A DNA stretch of 58,883 bases, the filler included. It is 7 parts of 7 records of this genome, joined end to end, with 100 filler letters (N's around TTAATTAATTAA, not from the genome) between each part and the next. Parts side by side here need not be neighbours in the genome. Positions count along the whole stretch, not along the records: positions 45,517 to 58,883 come from SRR31156797_64462; 6 more parts are not named here. One strand, written 5' to 3'. The notes below the pieces were generated by a model. It had not been told where the DNA came from and did not search any database. It worked only from the letters and a program-made list of their open reading frames with translations. The position numbers and the translations under genes are program-made. Positions 50,628-58,883 of the stretch are shown here, piece after piece (the first letter of the stretch is position 1; each line of letters begins with the position of its first letter).

Positions 50628-50882
50628 TTGCCCCAAATGACGAACGCGTCAGCGGGTACCACCGCCACATGATCATCGAGGCGAAGAATCACAATTCAAT
50701 TGCCTTTTGGCCAATCCCCTGATACATTTTTCCGTATACATCATCCGGACTGCCCTGCTGAATGGGAGTATCAGCCAAGACAGATTCAAGCAGAGATTTT
50801 TCAATCGAAATACCTGATTTCATCCCCCTCCCCCAAAAACAATGGATTCTGCCCAACATCTTTTGTCAAAAAGGAGAGTAAA

Positions 50883-52874
50883 ATGAGCAAGGAAAAATCC
50901 GTTTCCCGATTTGGCATCCGGAATCAAATTTTAATCCCCATGGTTTTAATCCTGTTCTTATCCATACTGGTGATATCGCTTTATTCATACAGACAGCAAA
51001 ACCGCATCATCAATGATCTGATGATAAATATAGTGAAGACCGCCCTGGAACAAATCGCATCCGGTGTGGATCAATCGGAAGAATCCGTCAATGCGTTGAA
51101 AAACGCTTTAAACAAAAATTATCTCCGCCAGGTAAAGGCCGTCAGGGCAATCATCGAAACCGATCCGGATATGCTTACAACTGAAAATATGATTCGCCTG
51201 GCAAGGGAGATTGGTGTGGATGAAATCCATATTACGGACGAACAAGGCGTACTGAAATGGGGTAATATCCAAAATTTTTACGGATTTGATTTTACCACCA
51301 CGGATCAAACCCGGCCCCTGCTGAGGGGGGTGAAGGACAGATCCTTCGAACTTGCCCAGGATGCCCAGGAAAGGGGGACGGACAAGGTGCTGTTTCAATA
51401 TATAACGGTTGCAAGAAGGGACTTGCCCGGATTGGTTCAGATCGGTGTCCAGCCCAAGGAGCTCCAGGATCTGATGAAGAAAACAGACCTGCAAACCATT
51501 GTTAAGAACCAGAAGGTCGGTGAAAAGGGATATGCGATTTTACTGGACCTTGAAGGAAACACAATTGCCCATCCCGATCCTGGAAAAATCGGGACAAAGG
51601 TGACCGGGTTTGACTGGGGAGAGGAAATTGTCCGGCAAAGGCAGGGACAGCTCAAATATGAATTCAAAGGCGAAGAACGCCTTTGCGCGTTCCAGCAGAA
51701 AAACGACAAGCTTGTAATGGCGACCCTGATAACAGCGCCCTATAAAGCCCCCCTGAAAAAGCTGCGAAACGGGTTGATCCTGGTTGCCTTGATTTCCATC
51801 ATTGTTTCGGCCATTATCATTTTCACCATTGTCAGGCGTATGATTGTCTCCATCAACAAGGCGGTCCATGGCCTCAAGGACATAGCGGAAGGAGAAGGAG
51901 ACCTCACCCAGAGGCTCGAGATAAAAAGCAAGGACGAGATCGGTGAACTGGCACACTGGTTCAACGCCTTTATCACGAAGATGCAGCTGATTATAACGGA
52001 TATTGCAAGCAACGCAGACAACCTGACCTCGGCGTCGACGGATGTTTCCGGTCTTTCCATCCAGATGTCGGAAGGCGCCCAGGGCATGACCGACAGGTCA
52101 AGCATGGTGGCGGCGGCATCCGAGGAGATGAATTCCAATATGAATTCCGTGGCGGCGGCAAGTGAGGAGGCCGCCACCAATATTAACATGGTGGCCACGG
52201 CCACGGACGAAATGACCAGTACCATCAATGAGATTGCCCATAATTCCGAAAAAGCCCGTTCCGTTACCACGGAAATGGTTTCCAATGCCAAAGTGGTCTC
52301 GGCCAAGGTGAACGAACTCGGAAGCGCGGCACTGGATATAGGCAAGGTAACCGAGGCGATCACCGACATTTCCGAGCAGATCAACCTGCTCTCATTGAAC
52401 GCAACCATTGAAGCGGCCCGGGCCGGAGAGGCGGGAAGGGGATTTGCTGTGGTTGCCAATGAGATCAAGGATCTGGCAAAACAGACGGCGGAGGCAACCC
52501 TGGAAATTAAGGAAAAGATCGGCGGCGTCCAGTTGTCCACGGATGAAACCGTTGCGGAGGTGGAAAAAATTTCAGCCGTCATCGAAGGGGTCAATGAAAT
52601 TGTTTCAACCATTGCTACGGCGGTGGAGGAGCAGTCGGTGACGACAAAGGAAATTGCAGGCAATGTCTCACAGGCCTCCCAGGGCATTCAGGAAGTCAAC
52701 AAAAACGTGGCTGAAAGCTCTGGCGTTTCCGGAGAGATTGCAGAGGAGATTTCCGGCGTCAACCTGGCGGCCGGCGAGATATCCGAGAGCAGTTCAAAGG
52801 TGAGTGCCAGTGCGGAAGAGTTGTCTGACCTGGCAGAAAAGCTAAAAGAGATGGTGGAAAAATTCAAAATTTAA
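50883..52874 (+). CDS. Methyl-accepting chemotaxis protein (Cache-HAMP-MA)
   Basis: Two TM helices, IAHPD Cache motif, [46 protein letters not shown] before ATG 50883. Confidence 0.95.
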   Translation: MSKEKSVSRFGIRNQILIPMVLILFLSILVISLYSYRQQNRIINDLMINIVKTALEQIASGVDQSEESVNALKNALNKNYLRQVKAVRAIIETDPDMLTTENMIRLAREIGVDEIHITDEQGVLKWGNIQNFYGFDFTTTDQTRPLLRGVKDRSFELAQDAQERGTDKVLFQYITVARRDLPGLVQIGVQPKELQDLMKKTDLQTIVKNQKVGEKGYAILLDLEGNTIAHPDPGKIGTKVTGFDWGEEIVRQRQGQLKYEFKGEERLCAFQQKNDKLVMATLITAPYKAPLKKLRNGLILVALISIIVSAIIIFTIVRRMIVSINKAVHGLKDIAEGEGDLTQRLEIKSKDEIGELAHWFNAFITKMQLIITDIASNADNLTSASTDVSGLSIQMSEGAQGMTDRSSMVAAASEEMNSNMNSVAAASEEAATNINMVATATDEMTSTINEIAHNSEKARSVTTEMVSNAKVVSAKVNELGSAALDIGKVTEAITDISEQINLLSLNATIEAARAGEAGRGFAVVANEIKDLAKQTAEATLEIKEKIGGVQLSTDETVAEVEKISAVIEGVNEIVSTIATAVEEQSVTTKEIAGNVSQASQGIQEVNKNVAESSGVSGEIAEEISGVNLAAGEISESSSKVSASAEELSDLAEKLKEMVEKFKI

Positions 52875-52912
52875 AGACACAAATTCAGTATATCTATTGA
52901 ATTTGTGTCTTT
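52873..52912. terminator. Hairpin between convergent genes (possibly bidirectional terminator)
   Basis: AAAGACACAAATTCA/TGAATTTGTGTCTTT, 15-bp perfect stem. Confidence 0.7.
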
Positions 52913-52936
52913 GTATTGACAAACGCGCCCAGGGAA

Positions 52937-53149
52937 TTACTCTTTTTCATCAACGAATTCCAGGATATCACCGGGCTGGCAGTCCAATGCGCCGCAGATC
53001 GCGTCCAGGGTGGTAAACCGGATCGCCTTTGCCCGCCCTGATTTCAGTACGGACAGGTTCTGCTCCGTAATACCGATTATCTCAGCCAGTTTTTTGGATT
53101 TCAACTTTCGTTTTGCCAGCATCACATCCAGATTGACAATTATGGCCAT
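52937..53149 (-). CDS. XRE/Cro-family HTH regulator (YozG-like)
   Basis: IIVNLDVMLAKR...GITEQNLSVLKSGRAKAIRFTTL..IC..LDCQPGDIL. Confidence 0.92.
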   Translation of the reverse strand: MAIIVNLDVMLAKRKLKSKKLAEIIGITEQNLSVLKSGRAKAIRFTTLDAICGALDCQPGDILEFVDEKE

Positions 53150-53152
53150 GGA

Positions 53153-53701
53153 TTACACCGTCAGCAGATTTTCGTCTTTTATTTTGCGCCCCTCGTCCAT
53201 CACCATACCGATGAGCATAATGATACAGGCAACCACCATCAGTTTGACATGATCACTGCTGATACCGATTGCCAGAATCTTCTCGCCCGGCGGGTTGTTG
53301 ATTGTCTTTGCAAGTATCAGGAACGTTTCGTTGACAACGTCTGTCAGCACCCCGAATAATGCCAGTTTCGCCAGCAGCCTGAACTGCTTTACGTTTTCCG
53401 CCTTAAAATAAATTCCCCGCTCATAAAGTGAAAATAGAGATTTCAGGCTGTTCAAGGCAAGCAGCATGACCAGAATGGCTGGAATTTCGCCCACAAAGCC
53501 AATCACACGGCTGTTAACCGCAAGAAATGCCGGAGCACCGGACTCAGCGACACCTTGCTGCATCATCGGCGGCAGGTGGTTATAGAACAACCAGTACAGT
53601 ACCGGCATGGCAGGTAAGAGATAAAGACATACTTGGAATAATTTACGAAGATTACGGCTCATTCCCCTGATTTTCAACTCGTTTTCTTTCATTTTTTCCA
53701 T
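53153..53701 (-). CDS. DUF2975 membrane protein
   Basis: Four TM helices, G.YF..EN, ending GRKIKDENLLTV; paired with a YozG-like HTH gene; start 53701 (53746 alternative). Confidence 0.85.
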   Translation of the reverse strand: MEKMKENELKIRGMSRNLRKLFQVCLYLLPAMPVLYWLFYNHLPPMMQQGVAESGAPAFLAVNSRVIGFVGEIPAILVMLLALNSLKSLFSLYERGIYFKAENVKQFRLLAKLALFGVLTDVVNETFLILAKTINNPPGEKILAIGISSDHVKLMVVACIIMLIGMVMDEGRKIKDENLLTV

Positions 53702-53747
53702 GGCATTCCCTTTGCTTTTTTTCACACCATTAATAATCTTTTTCATG

Positions 53748-53776
53748 AATAAATTACCGTTAAACGATAATTTATT
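53748..53776. promoter_or_regulatory. Candidate operator of DUF2975-XRE operon
   Basis: Near-perfect palindrome AATAAATTACCGTTAAACGATAATTTATT. Confidence 0.6.
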
Positions 53777-53930
53777 ATCGATAAATAAAACCATTCAAAA
53801 ATAAAAGCAAGAAAAAAAACACGAGGTTGCCCGCGGATCAACTTCCTGGCAGTTTCCGGGAACCGGGAGAGCCTGCAAGGGCTCTCCCATGGGGAGTTTG
53901 ATATGGATAAAAAGTCAGGGGAGAATCTGT

Positions 53931-54053
53931 TTACGATAATTCGCCGCTCTCAAGCTCGGCTTGTTTCTTTTTAAACAGATCATAAACAGACTCGAGCTTT
54001 GCAACGTCTTTTTTTGTGCCCAAAGGCATATCGATAAAACATGATTTCAGCAT
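53931..54053 (-). pseudogene. 40-codon ORF, probable collapsed remnant of a CFxxMPFG-type (DUF4071/TRAF-binding-domain-associated) gene
   Basis: GGAG RBS then MLKSCFIDMPLGTKKDVAKLESVYDLFKKKQAELESGELS*, starting 15 nt after the MscS stop. Confidence 0.5.
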
Positions 54054-54068
54054 AAATATCTCCATATG

Positions 54069-54950
54069 CTATTCAGGAATGTTGCTTGCCATTGCCACTT
54101 TGGAATGCAAAATGGAAGGAGCAAGCAAGATGGTGTTCTTGGAAAATTCATCAAGGACCTGATTTGTCACATCACTTTTAAAATCAGGTTCCCTGTACGT
54201 ACTGGCGACATATGCCTTTGCGGTTAAAACGATGGATTCGGAAGTCTGAGAACAGTATATCTGCATGGTTTTTCCCGGATCATAATAAATGGATGCCTGG
54301 ATCGCATCCCAGATGATGTCCTCCGCTTTTTTTCTTTTTTCAGGGCTTGTCAAGGATGAGATGTAGTAATTCATTACACAGAGCGAAGACCGGTCGCCTG
54401 CATTGGCGGAAACCAATGTTTCGGACCAGAGAGAATACGTTGGTATGGAGATCAGGTCATCATCCGGTGTTTTTAAACGCACATAAAAAATACCGATATC
54501 GACAATTTTACCGCTCTGCCCCTTTATTGTAACCCGATCATGCAGCTGCAAAGGTCTGCTGAATGCAACAAGGATTCTAAAAAAGAATCCTCCGACAATG
54601 GCTTTAAGAATATTCGAGGCATTGAATGTGACCCATACAAACAGCGCAATAAATGTCGCCAGGATACCGTTTCGCGCATTTTCATCAACACCGGGCAATT
54701 TTATGATCACAAATGGGATGAACAGTATCCAGAAAACGAATACAGCGGATTCCATTATGGCAGAATGACGCAATACTTTCAGCTGGCTTTCCGGCCCGAC
54801 CAGAATTTTGGACGACAGCCCTTGTTTTTTTCTTTTGCGGCCAATGAATTTGGAATATAATTTCCTAACTAAAAACAACAGGACCGCAAAGAATATCAGC
54901 AAGAACAAATATAATAAAACATATTTGTTCAGCAGAATCTTGTCTATCAT
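54069..54950 (-). CDS. MscS-family mechanosensitive channel domain protein
   Basis: Three TM helices then RPLQLHDRVTIKGQSGKIVDIGIFYVRLKTPDDDLISIP. Confidence 0.85.
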   Translation of the reverse strand: MIDKILLNKYVLLYLFLLIFFAVLLFLVRKLYSKFIGRKRKKQGLSSKILVGPESQLKVLRHSAIMESAVFVFWILFIPFVIIKLPGVDENARNGILATFIALFVWVTFNASNILKAIVGGFFFRILVAFSRPLQLHDRVTIKGQSGKIVDIGIFYVRLKTPDDDLISIPTYSLWSETLVSANAGDRSSLCVMNYYISSLTSPEKRKKAEDIIWDAIQASIYYDPGKTMQIYCSQTSESIVLTAKAYVASTYREPDFKSDVTNQVLDEFSKNTILLAPSILHSKVAMASNIPE

Positions 54951-55684
54951 TTTTTAAGTTCCTTTAAGGGATCAATGCCTAACAATTCACGTAAAAAGTA
55001 CAAAAGTACGGGAATATATTCCGTCGTTATCCTATATTGGAATCGGTCCGCGCCCTGGGATACAGCCCCAATATCAATGAATGGCTTAAGAACCCTTACG
55101 CCAAGGTCATAACTCAATCCAAGCTCTTTTGATATTGTTTCAGTGCTCCGGGGCCCACTCCAGAGTAAGGTCGCCACCGCTCTCCATTCATCCCTGGCGG
55201 ATTTTCTCAAAGCAATTCGACGTAAGAGAAGGTATATTTCTTTATCTTTTTCTATTATTTCTTCTCCGGACCGTTCAAACTGCTCATATTGATCAATTTT
55301 ACTGCGCCACATGCTTTCATACTCGTTTCTAAACCCGGGCCCCAATTCATCAGATTCCGGCATAAGAAGATCAAAGTTTTTGGCGTTTTTAAGAAACGCA
55401 TAGGCAAAAACATCGATATGGCATGTGATTGTCTGGTCAAATGGAATTTCAGCCAATGCCGAAATAAAAACTTTGACAGGTTTGAACCCGCCATCAACCC
55501 GTCTATTGAACAATTCATCAACGCAATAAATATCGGTTATCATCTTTGTTGATTCAGCAAGGACGTCACCATAAGAATGCTTTTGAGAATCATCAGCATT
55601 CTCACAGGCATTATCATGAAGTCCTTTAGCCCTTGGTCCTTCAGACCGGTCCCATCCTACGGTTAAATGAGCTTTAAGTTTCAT
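54947..55684 (-). CDS. Hypothetical protein with probable C-terminal winged helix
   Basis: 245 aa; LLWSGPRSTETISKELGLSYDLGVRVLKPFIDIGAV..YRIT pattern; ATGA overlap with the MscS gene. Confidence 0.7.
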   Translation of the reverse strand: MKLKAHLTVGWDRSEGPRAKGLHDNACENADDSQKHSYGDVLAESTKMITDIYCVDELFNRRVDGGFKPVKVFISALAEIPFDQTITCHIDVFAYAFLKNAKNFDLLMPESDELGPGFRNEYESMWRSKIDQYEQFERSGEEIIEKDKEIYLLLRRIALRKSARDEWRAVATLLWSGPRSTETISKELGLSYDLGVRVLKPFIDIGAVSQGADRFQYRITTEYIPVLLYFLRELLGIDPLKELKK

Positions 55685-55943
55685 AATAAATCAGCATTCT
55701 CGATATAGTATTCGGTTAATGAAATTAGGTTTTGATTCAAGTGGCGTTCAGTAAAGCACAAACCCATCCTGAATTCCATAGAAATCCTGGAATTCGATTC
55801 AAAGATCACGGCAGCCGGTGTTGACGCCCTTCCATGGAAATGACAATAATTTGCATTTTCAGTCCCATTGCTGGTATGAATAAAAGCTCAGTGCATTTTA
55901 TGCGAATATCACAAACAGAGGGAATAAAAGGCATATAAGCATT

Positions 55944-57077
55944 TTGAATAATAATACCAACACACGGCAAACCTTGTTCCCATTCAAGGACAGAATCCTC
56001 AGGGACCTGATGATCCGCTCCAGGACAGGCATTACAATCTATATCATCATATGGGGTATCATTATTTTTTCAACCGGTCTTTACAGGATCAGGCCTTTTT
56101 TTTCATGGTCCGTCCTGGTGCTGTTTTTTTTGATCGGCCTTCTGCGGGTCAAACACCAGATCGATTACCGGAAACCAGCCCCCCACCGTCACCGGTTCAA
56201 TTTTAATCTTCTGTCCTTCACGGTTCTGGCGCCCGCAACCCTATGGAGCGCCCTGTTTGCCTTCTCCATGTTAAAACCCATCGACACCGAGTTCAAACTT
56301 TTAATGCTGCTGACCACAGCCGGGTTATGTTCCGGCGGCACCAGTTCATACATCCCTGACAGGCGCCTGGCGTTGGGCTACATTGCCATCCTGGTGTTGC
56401 CGACGGCAACCCTCCTCTTCCTTCTCGAGAGAGGGCAACGTCCCACCCAGCTGATGCTTTTGACCTATTTTTCATACATGGTGATGGTCACACTCAAAGG
56501 ATTCAATGAGTACCGGTATGCGCTTTTGAACGAGGCCAAGCTGGAAGAAAAAAGCAACGAACTCGAACGGATCAGCGAAACGGACGGACTGACCGGAGCT
56601 TACAACCGTCGCTATTTCAACAAAATTTTCGATATTGAATGGAAACGGGCGTCCCGTGAAGGCACTCCCCTGACGTTAATCATCATCGATCTCGATCACT
56701 TCAAAAAAGTCAACGACACCTATGGGCATCTTGCCGGCGACGCAGCCCTGAAAGCCGTGACCCGTGAATTCCAAAAGACCTTCAAACGGTGCACGGATGT
56801 GGTGGTCAGACACGGTGGTGAAGAGTTTGCCATTTTACTTCCCGGCACCGATTCTCAAAATGCATTCCGGCTGTCAGAATCCCTTCGCAAAAAGATCGAG
56901 GCCATGCACATAACATACGAGGAATTCAAAATCCAGGTCACCATCAGCGCCGGGATCGCCACCTGTATCCCCTGCCATCCCAAACCAGGCGCACTCCTTC
57001 ACATGGAAGCGGACGCAGCGCTTTACAGGGCCAAAAATAACGGCAGGAATCAGACCCAGTCCATCACCATCCCCTGA
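55944..57077 (+). CDS. Membrane-bound diguanylate cyclase
   Basis: About six TM helices, TDGLTGAYNRRYF, DLDHFKKVNDTYGHLAGD, RCTD I-site, RHGGEEF. Confidence 0.92.
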   Translation: MNNNTNTRQTLFPFKDRILRDLMIRSRTGITIYIIIWGIIIFSTGLYRIRPFFSWSVLVLFFLIGLLRVKHQIDYRKPAPHRHRFNFNLLSFTVLAPATLWSALFAFSMLKPIDTEFKLLMLLTTAGLCSGGTSSYIPDRRLALGYIAILVLPTATLLFLLERGQRPTQLMLLTYFSYMVMVTLKGFNEYRYALLNEAKLEEKSNELERISETDGLTGAYNRRYFNKIFDIEWKRASREGTPLTLIIIDLDHFKKVNDTYGHLAGDAALKAVTREFQKTFKRCTDVVVRHGGEEFAILLPGTDSQNAFRLSESLRKKIEAMHITYEEFKIQVTISAGIATCIPCHPKPGALLHMEADAALYRAKNNGRNQTQSITIP

Positions 57078-57111
57078 TCCCAACGCCCGGCATACGCGGT
57101 TTTCGAATCTG

Positions 57112-57140
57112 TTGACAAAAAGCGGTGTCCTATCTATCAT
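57112..57140 (+). promoter_or_regulatory. sigma70-type promoter
   Basis: TTGACA-17 nt-TATCAT. Confidence 0.7.
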
Positions 57141-57275
57141 GGACTTTTGACAATAAAGCAGATTCTTGCGGCACAACCGATGTGTATTTTTTCTTAAAAG
57201 GGAGCCGGAGCTTTCAGATCACTATCAAACAATCGGTTTCATTGGAATACCATCATCAGACGCGGTCTTGTTCCC

Positions 57276-58883
57276 TTGCTCGCAATTCTCCTTCTGATCC
57301 TTCCCAAAATATTTCTCTCCACAGGCAACGCCGACAAAGGCCCCTTGACGGTAAAAGTCGGTGCCTACGAAAACAAACCCAAAATTTTTATCGACACCGC
57401 CGGAAAGGTTTCAGGATTCTGGCCGGAACTGATTGAATATATAGCGGACCAGGAAAGCTGGAAAGTTGAATATATCCGGGGCTCTTGGAGGGAAGGGCTG
57501 GACAGGCTGAAAAACGGTAAGATCGATCTTATGCCCGATGTCGCCTATACCGTTAAGCGAGGCATGCTCTATGATTTTTCCGAAGCACCGGTTCTTTTGA
57601 GCTGGTCAAGAATATATGTAAATAAAGAAAATACCGACATCTCATCCATAAAGGATCTGAACAACAAAACAATCGCCGTTCTCAAAGGAAGTGTCAATGT
57701 GGATGGCGCCGACGGGATAAAGGAGATCGTAAGTAAATTTGATTTAAGATGCACATTCATGGAACTTGAAAGCTATCCTGAAGTATTTGACGCCCTGGCA
57801 AAAAACATGGCCCATGCCGGGGTAACAAACAACAACTTCGGGGATGAAAACGAAAACAAATATGCGGTAAAAAAAACATCGGTAATTTTTCAGCCCATTG
57901 ACATCAAGTTCGCCTTTCCGAAGAATGCCCCGCTGAACCAGCATCTTGCAGAAATAATCAATATTCACATCAAACAGCTCAAGGCGGAAACCGATTCGGT
58001 TTACTACCGGCTGCTTGAAAAACATTTTGAAACGGAAATAGCTGAAAAAACGGTTGAAGTGATCCCGGGCTGGGGAAAAACGGTACTGGAGGCCATCATC
58101 GTTTTACTTCTTATTTTTTCCTCAGCGCTCGTCGTCTCAAGGATTCAGGTCAAAAGAAAGACAAAAGAATTATGGATCAAAAACCGGGAGTTGCGGGAAA
58201 GCGAGGAGCTTTTTTCACTGTTCATGGATTATCTGCCCTCAATAGTTTTTATCAAGGACCAGGACAGTAAGACCCTCTATGTCAACCGGTGCATGGATGA
58301 ACGGTTGGGCGCAAAAGGCTGGATCGGAAAGTCCATTTTTGAGATTCTCCCCAAGGGCCTGGCCGAGGCCACGATCGCGGATGACAGGGAAGTCATTTCA
58401 ACCGGGTACAAGAATCTTTTTGAAGAAATGCCCGATAAAAACAACGAAATGCGTTTCTATAATACCCAGAAATTCAGGATCGACAATCCCGGCAAACCAC
58501 CCCTGCTGGGAGGAATTGCCATCGATATAACCGAACTTGAAAATACCCGCAAGGAACTGGAGAGGACAAACGAACGCTTTCAGATCATAATGGATAGCCT
58601 GGATTCCCTTGTTTATATTGCGGATATGGAAACATATGAATTGTTATTTGTAAACAAGTATGGACGGAATATCATGGGGGATATCATCGGAAAACCCTGC
58701 TGGCAAGGCCTTCAGCACGGTCTGTCCGGGCCGTGCGATTTCTGCACCAATGACAGGCTTCTGGATGCCCATGGCAATCCGACCGGGGTTTATGTGTGGG
58801 AATTCAGGAATACGATGACGAACCAATGGTATGAATGCCGGGACCAGGCCATTCGATGGACCGACGGACGGTTGGTCAGGCTT
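57276..58883 (+). CDS. Sensor protein with periplasmic SBP (family 3), TM helix and PAS domains; runs off the window; absent from ORF track
   Basis: Frame open from 57198 to the end: VKVGAYENKPKIF, GKIDLMPDVAYT..R, TM helix, ESEELF...IVFIKD...YVN, IAIDIT, second PAS IGKPCW...PCDFC; start uncertain. Confidence 0.85.
   Translation, partial: MLAILLLILPKIFLSTGNADKGPLTVKVGAYENKPKIFIDTAGKVSGFWPELIEYIADQESWKVEYIRGSWREGLDRLKNGKIDLMPDVAYTVKRGMLYDFSEAPVLLSWSRIYVNKENTDISSIKDLNNKTIAVLKGSVNVDGADGIKEIVSKFDLRCTFMELESYPEVFDALAKNMAHAGVTNNNFGDENENKYAVKKTSVIFQPIDIKFAFPKNAPLNQHLAEIINIHIKQLKAETDSVYYRLLEKHFETEIAEKTVEVIPGWGKTVLEAIIVLLLIFSSALVVSRIQVKRKTKELWIKNRELRESEELFSLFMDYLPSIVFIKDQDSKTLYVNRCMDERLGAKGWIGKSIFEILPKGLAEATIADDREVISTGYKNLFEEMPDKNNEMRFYNTQKFRIDNPGKPPLLGGIAIDITELENTRKELERTNERFQIIMDSLDSLVYIADMETYELLFVNKYGRNIMGDIIGKPCWQGLQHGLSGPCDFCTNDRLLDAHGNPTGVYVWEFRNTMTNQWYECRDQAIRWTDGRLVRL

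Noticed and set aside
50689-50823. 44-codon minus-strand ORF ([12 protein letters not shown]...) ending in TGA
   Set aside because: RBS spacing is too short, there is no motif, and no Cys partner or SECIS-like hairpin suggests recoding.
53925-54000. Alternative pairings (TCTGTTTA/TAAACAGA, AAGCTCG/CGAGCTT) as a riboswitch
   Set aside because: The region is better explained as the 40-codon minus-strand ORF; I recognised no aptamer consensus.

Overview
This window is not one continuous locus. It is seven unrelated contigs joined by six identical 100-nt artificial spacers (N-run, TTAATTAATTAA, N-run), probably from a metagenome or mixed bin. Taxonomic hints below are by eye. (1) 1-12494, Desulfobacterota-like core genes: cooC, DUF3786, Smr, a 7TM-GGDEF protein, mreB-mreC-mreD-mrdA-rodA, rplU-rpmA-obgE-proB. 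(2) 12595-19852, GC-rich Alphaproteobacteria-like: surface-polysaccharide genes and purH. (3) 19953-26701: amidohydrolase, MFS transporter and proline-racemase-family genes, opposite a NarL regulator, a solute-binding protein and a partial sensor. (4) 26802-31934: carboxyltransferase end, a GxxExxY nuclease-like gene enclosed by 40-bp inverted repeats, tldD and a PocR hybrid kinase. (5) 32035-39131: IS remnants, NlpC/P60, a secreted metallophosphoesterase, an Fe-S protein, a hidden UxxC selenoprotein, a methyltransferase and partial ilvD. (6) 39232-45416: polyferredoxin, aldo/keto reductase, TiaS-like protein and a clostripain-like protease. (7) 45517-58883: LysR, a two-component pair, GNAT, MCP, XRE/DUF2975, a wHTH-MscS operon ending in a collapsed gene remnant, a GGDEF protein and an SBP-PAS sensor running off the end. 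Best leads are the selenoprotein missed by the ORF track (36775-37032), the inverted-repeat-bounded GxxExxY cassette (27204-27715) and the wHTH + MscS + remnant operon (53931-55684). All family calls come from motif recognition, not database searches. I found no rRNA, tRNA or CRISPR array.
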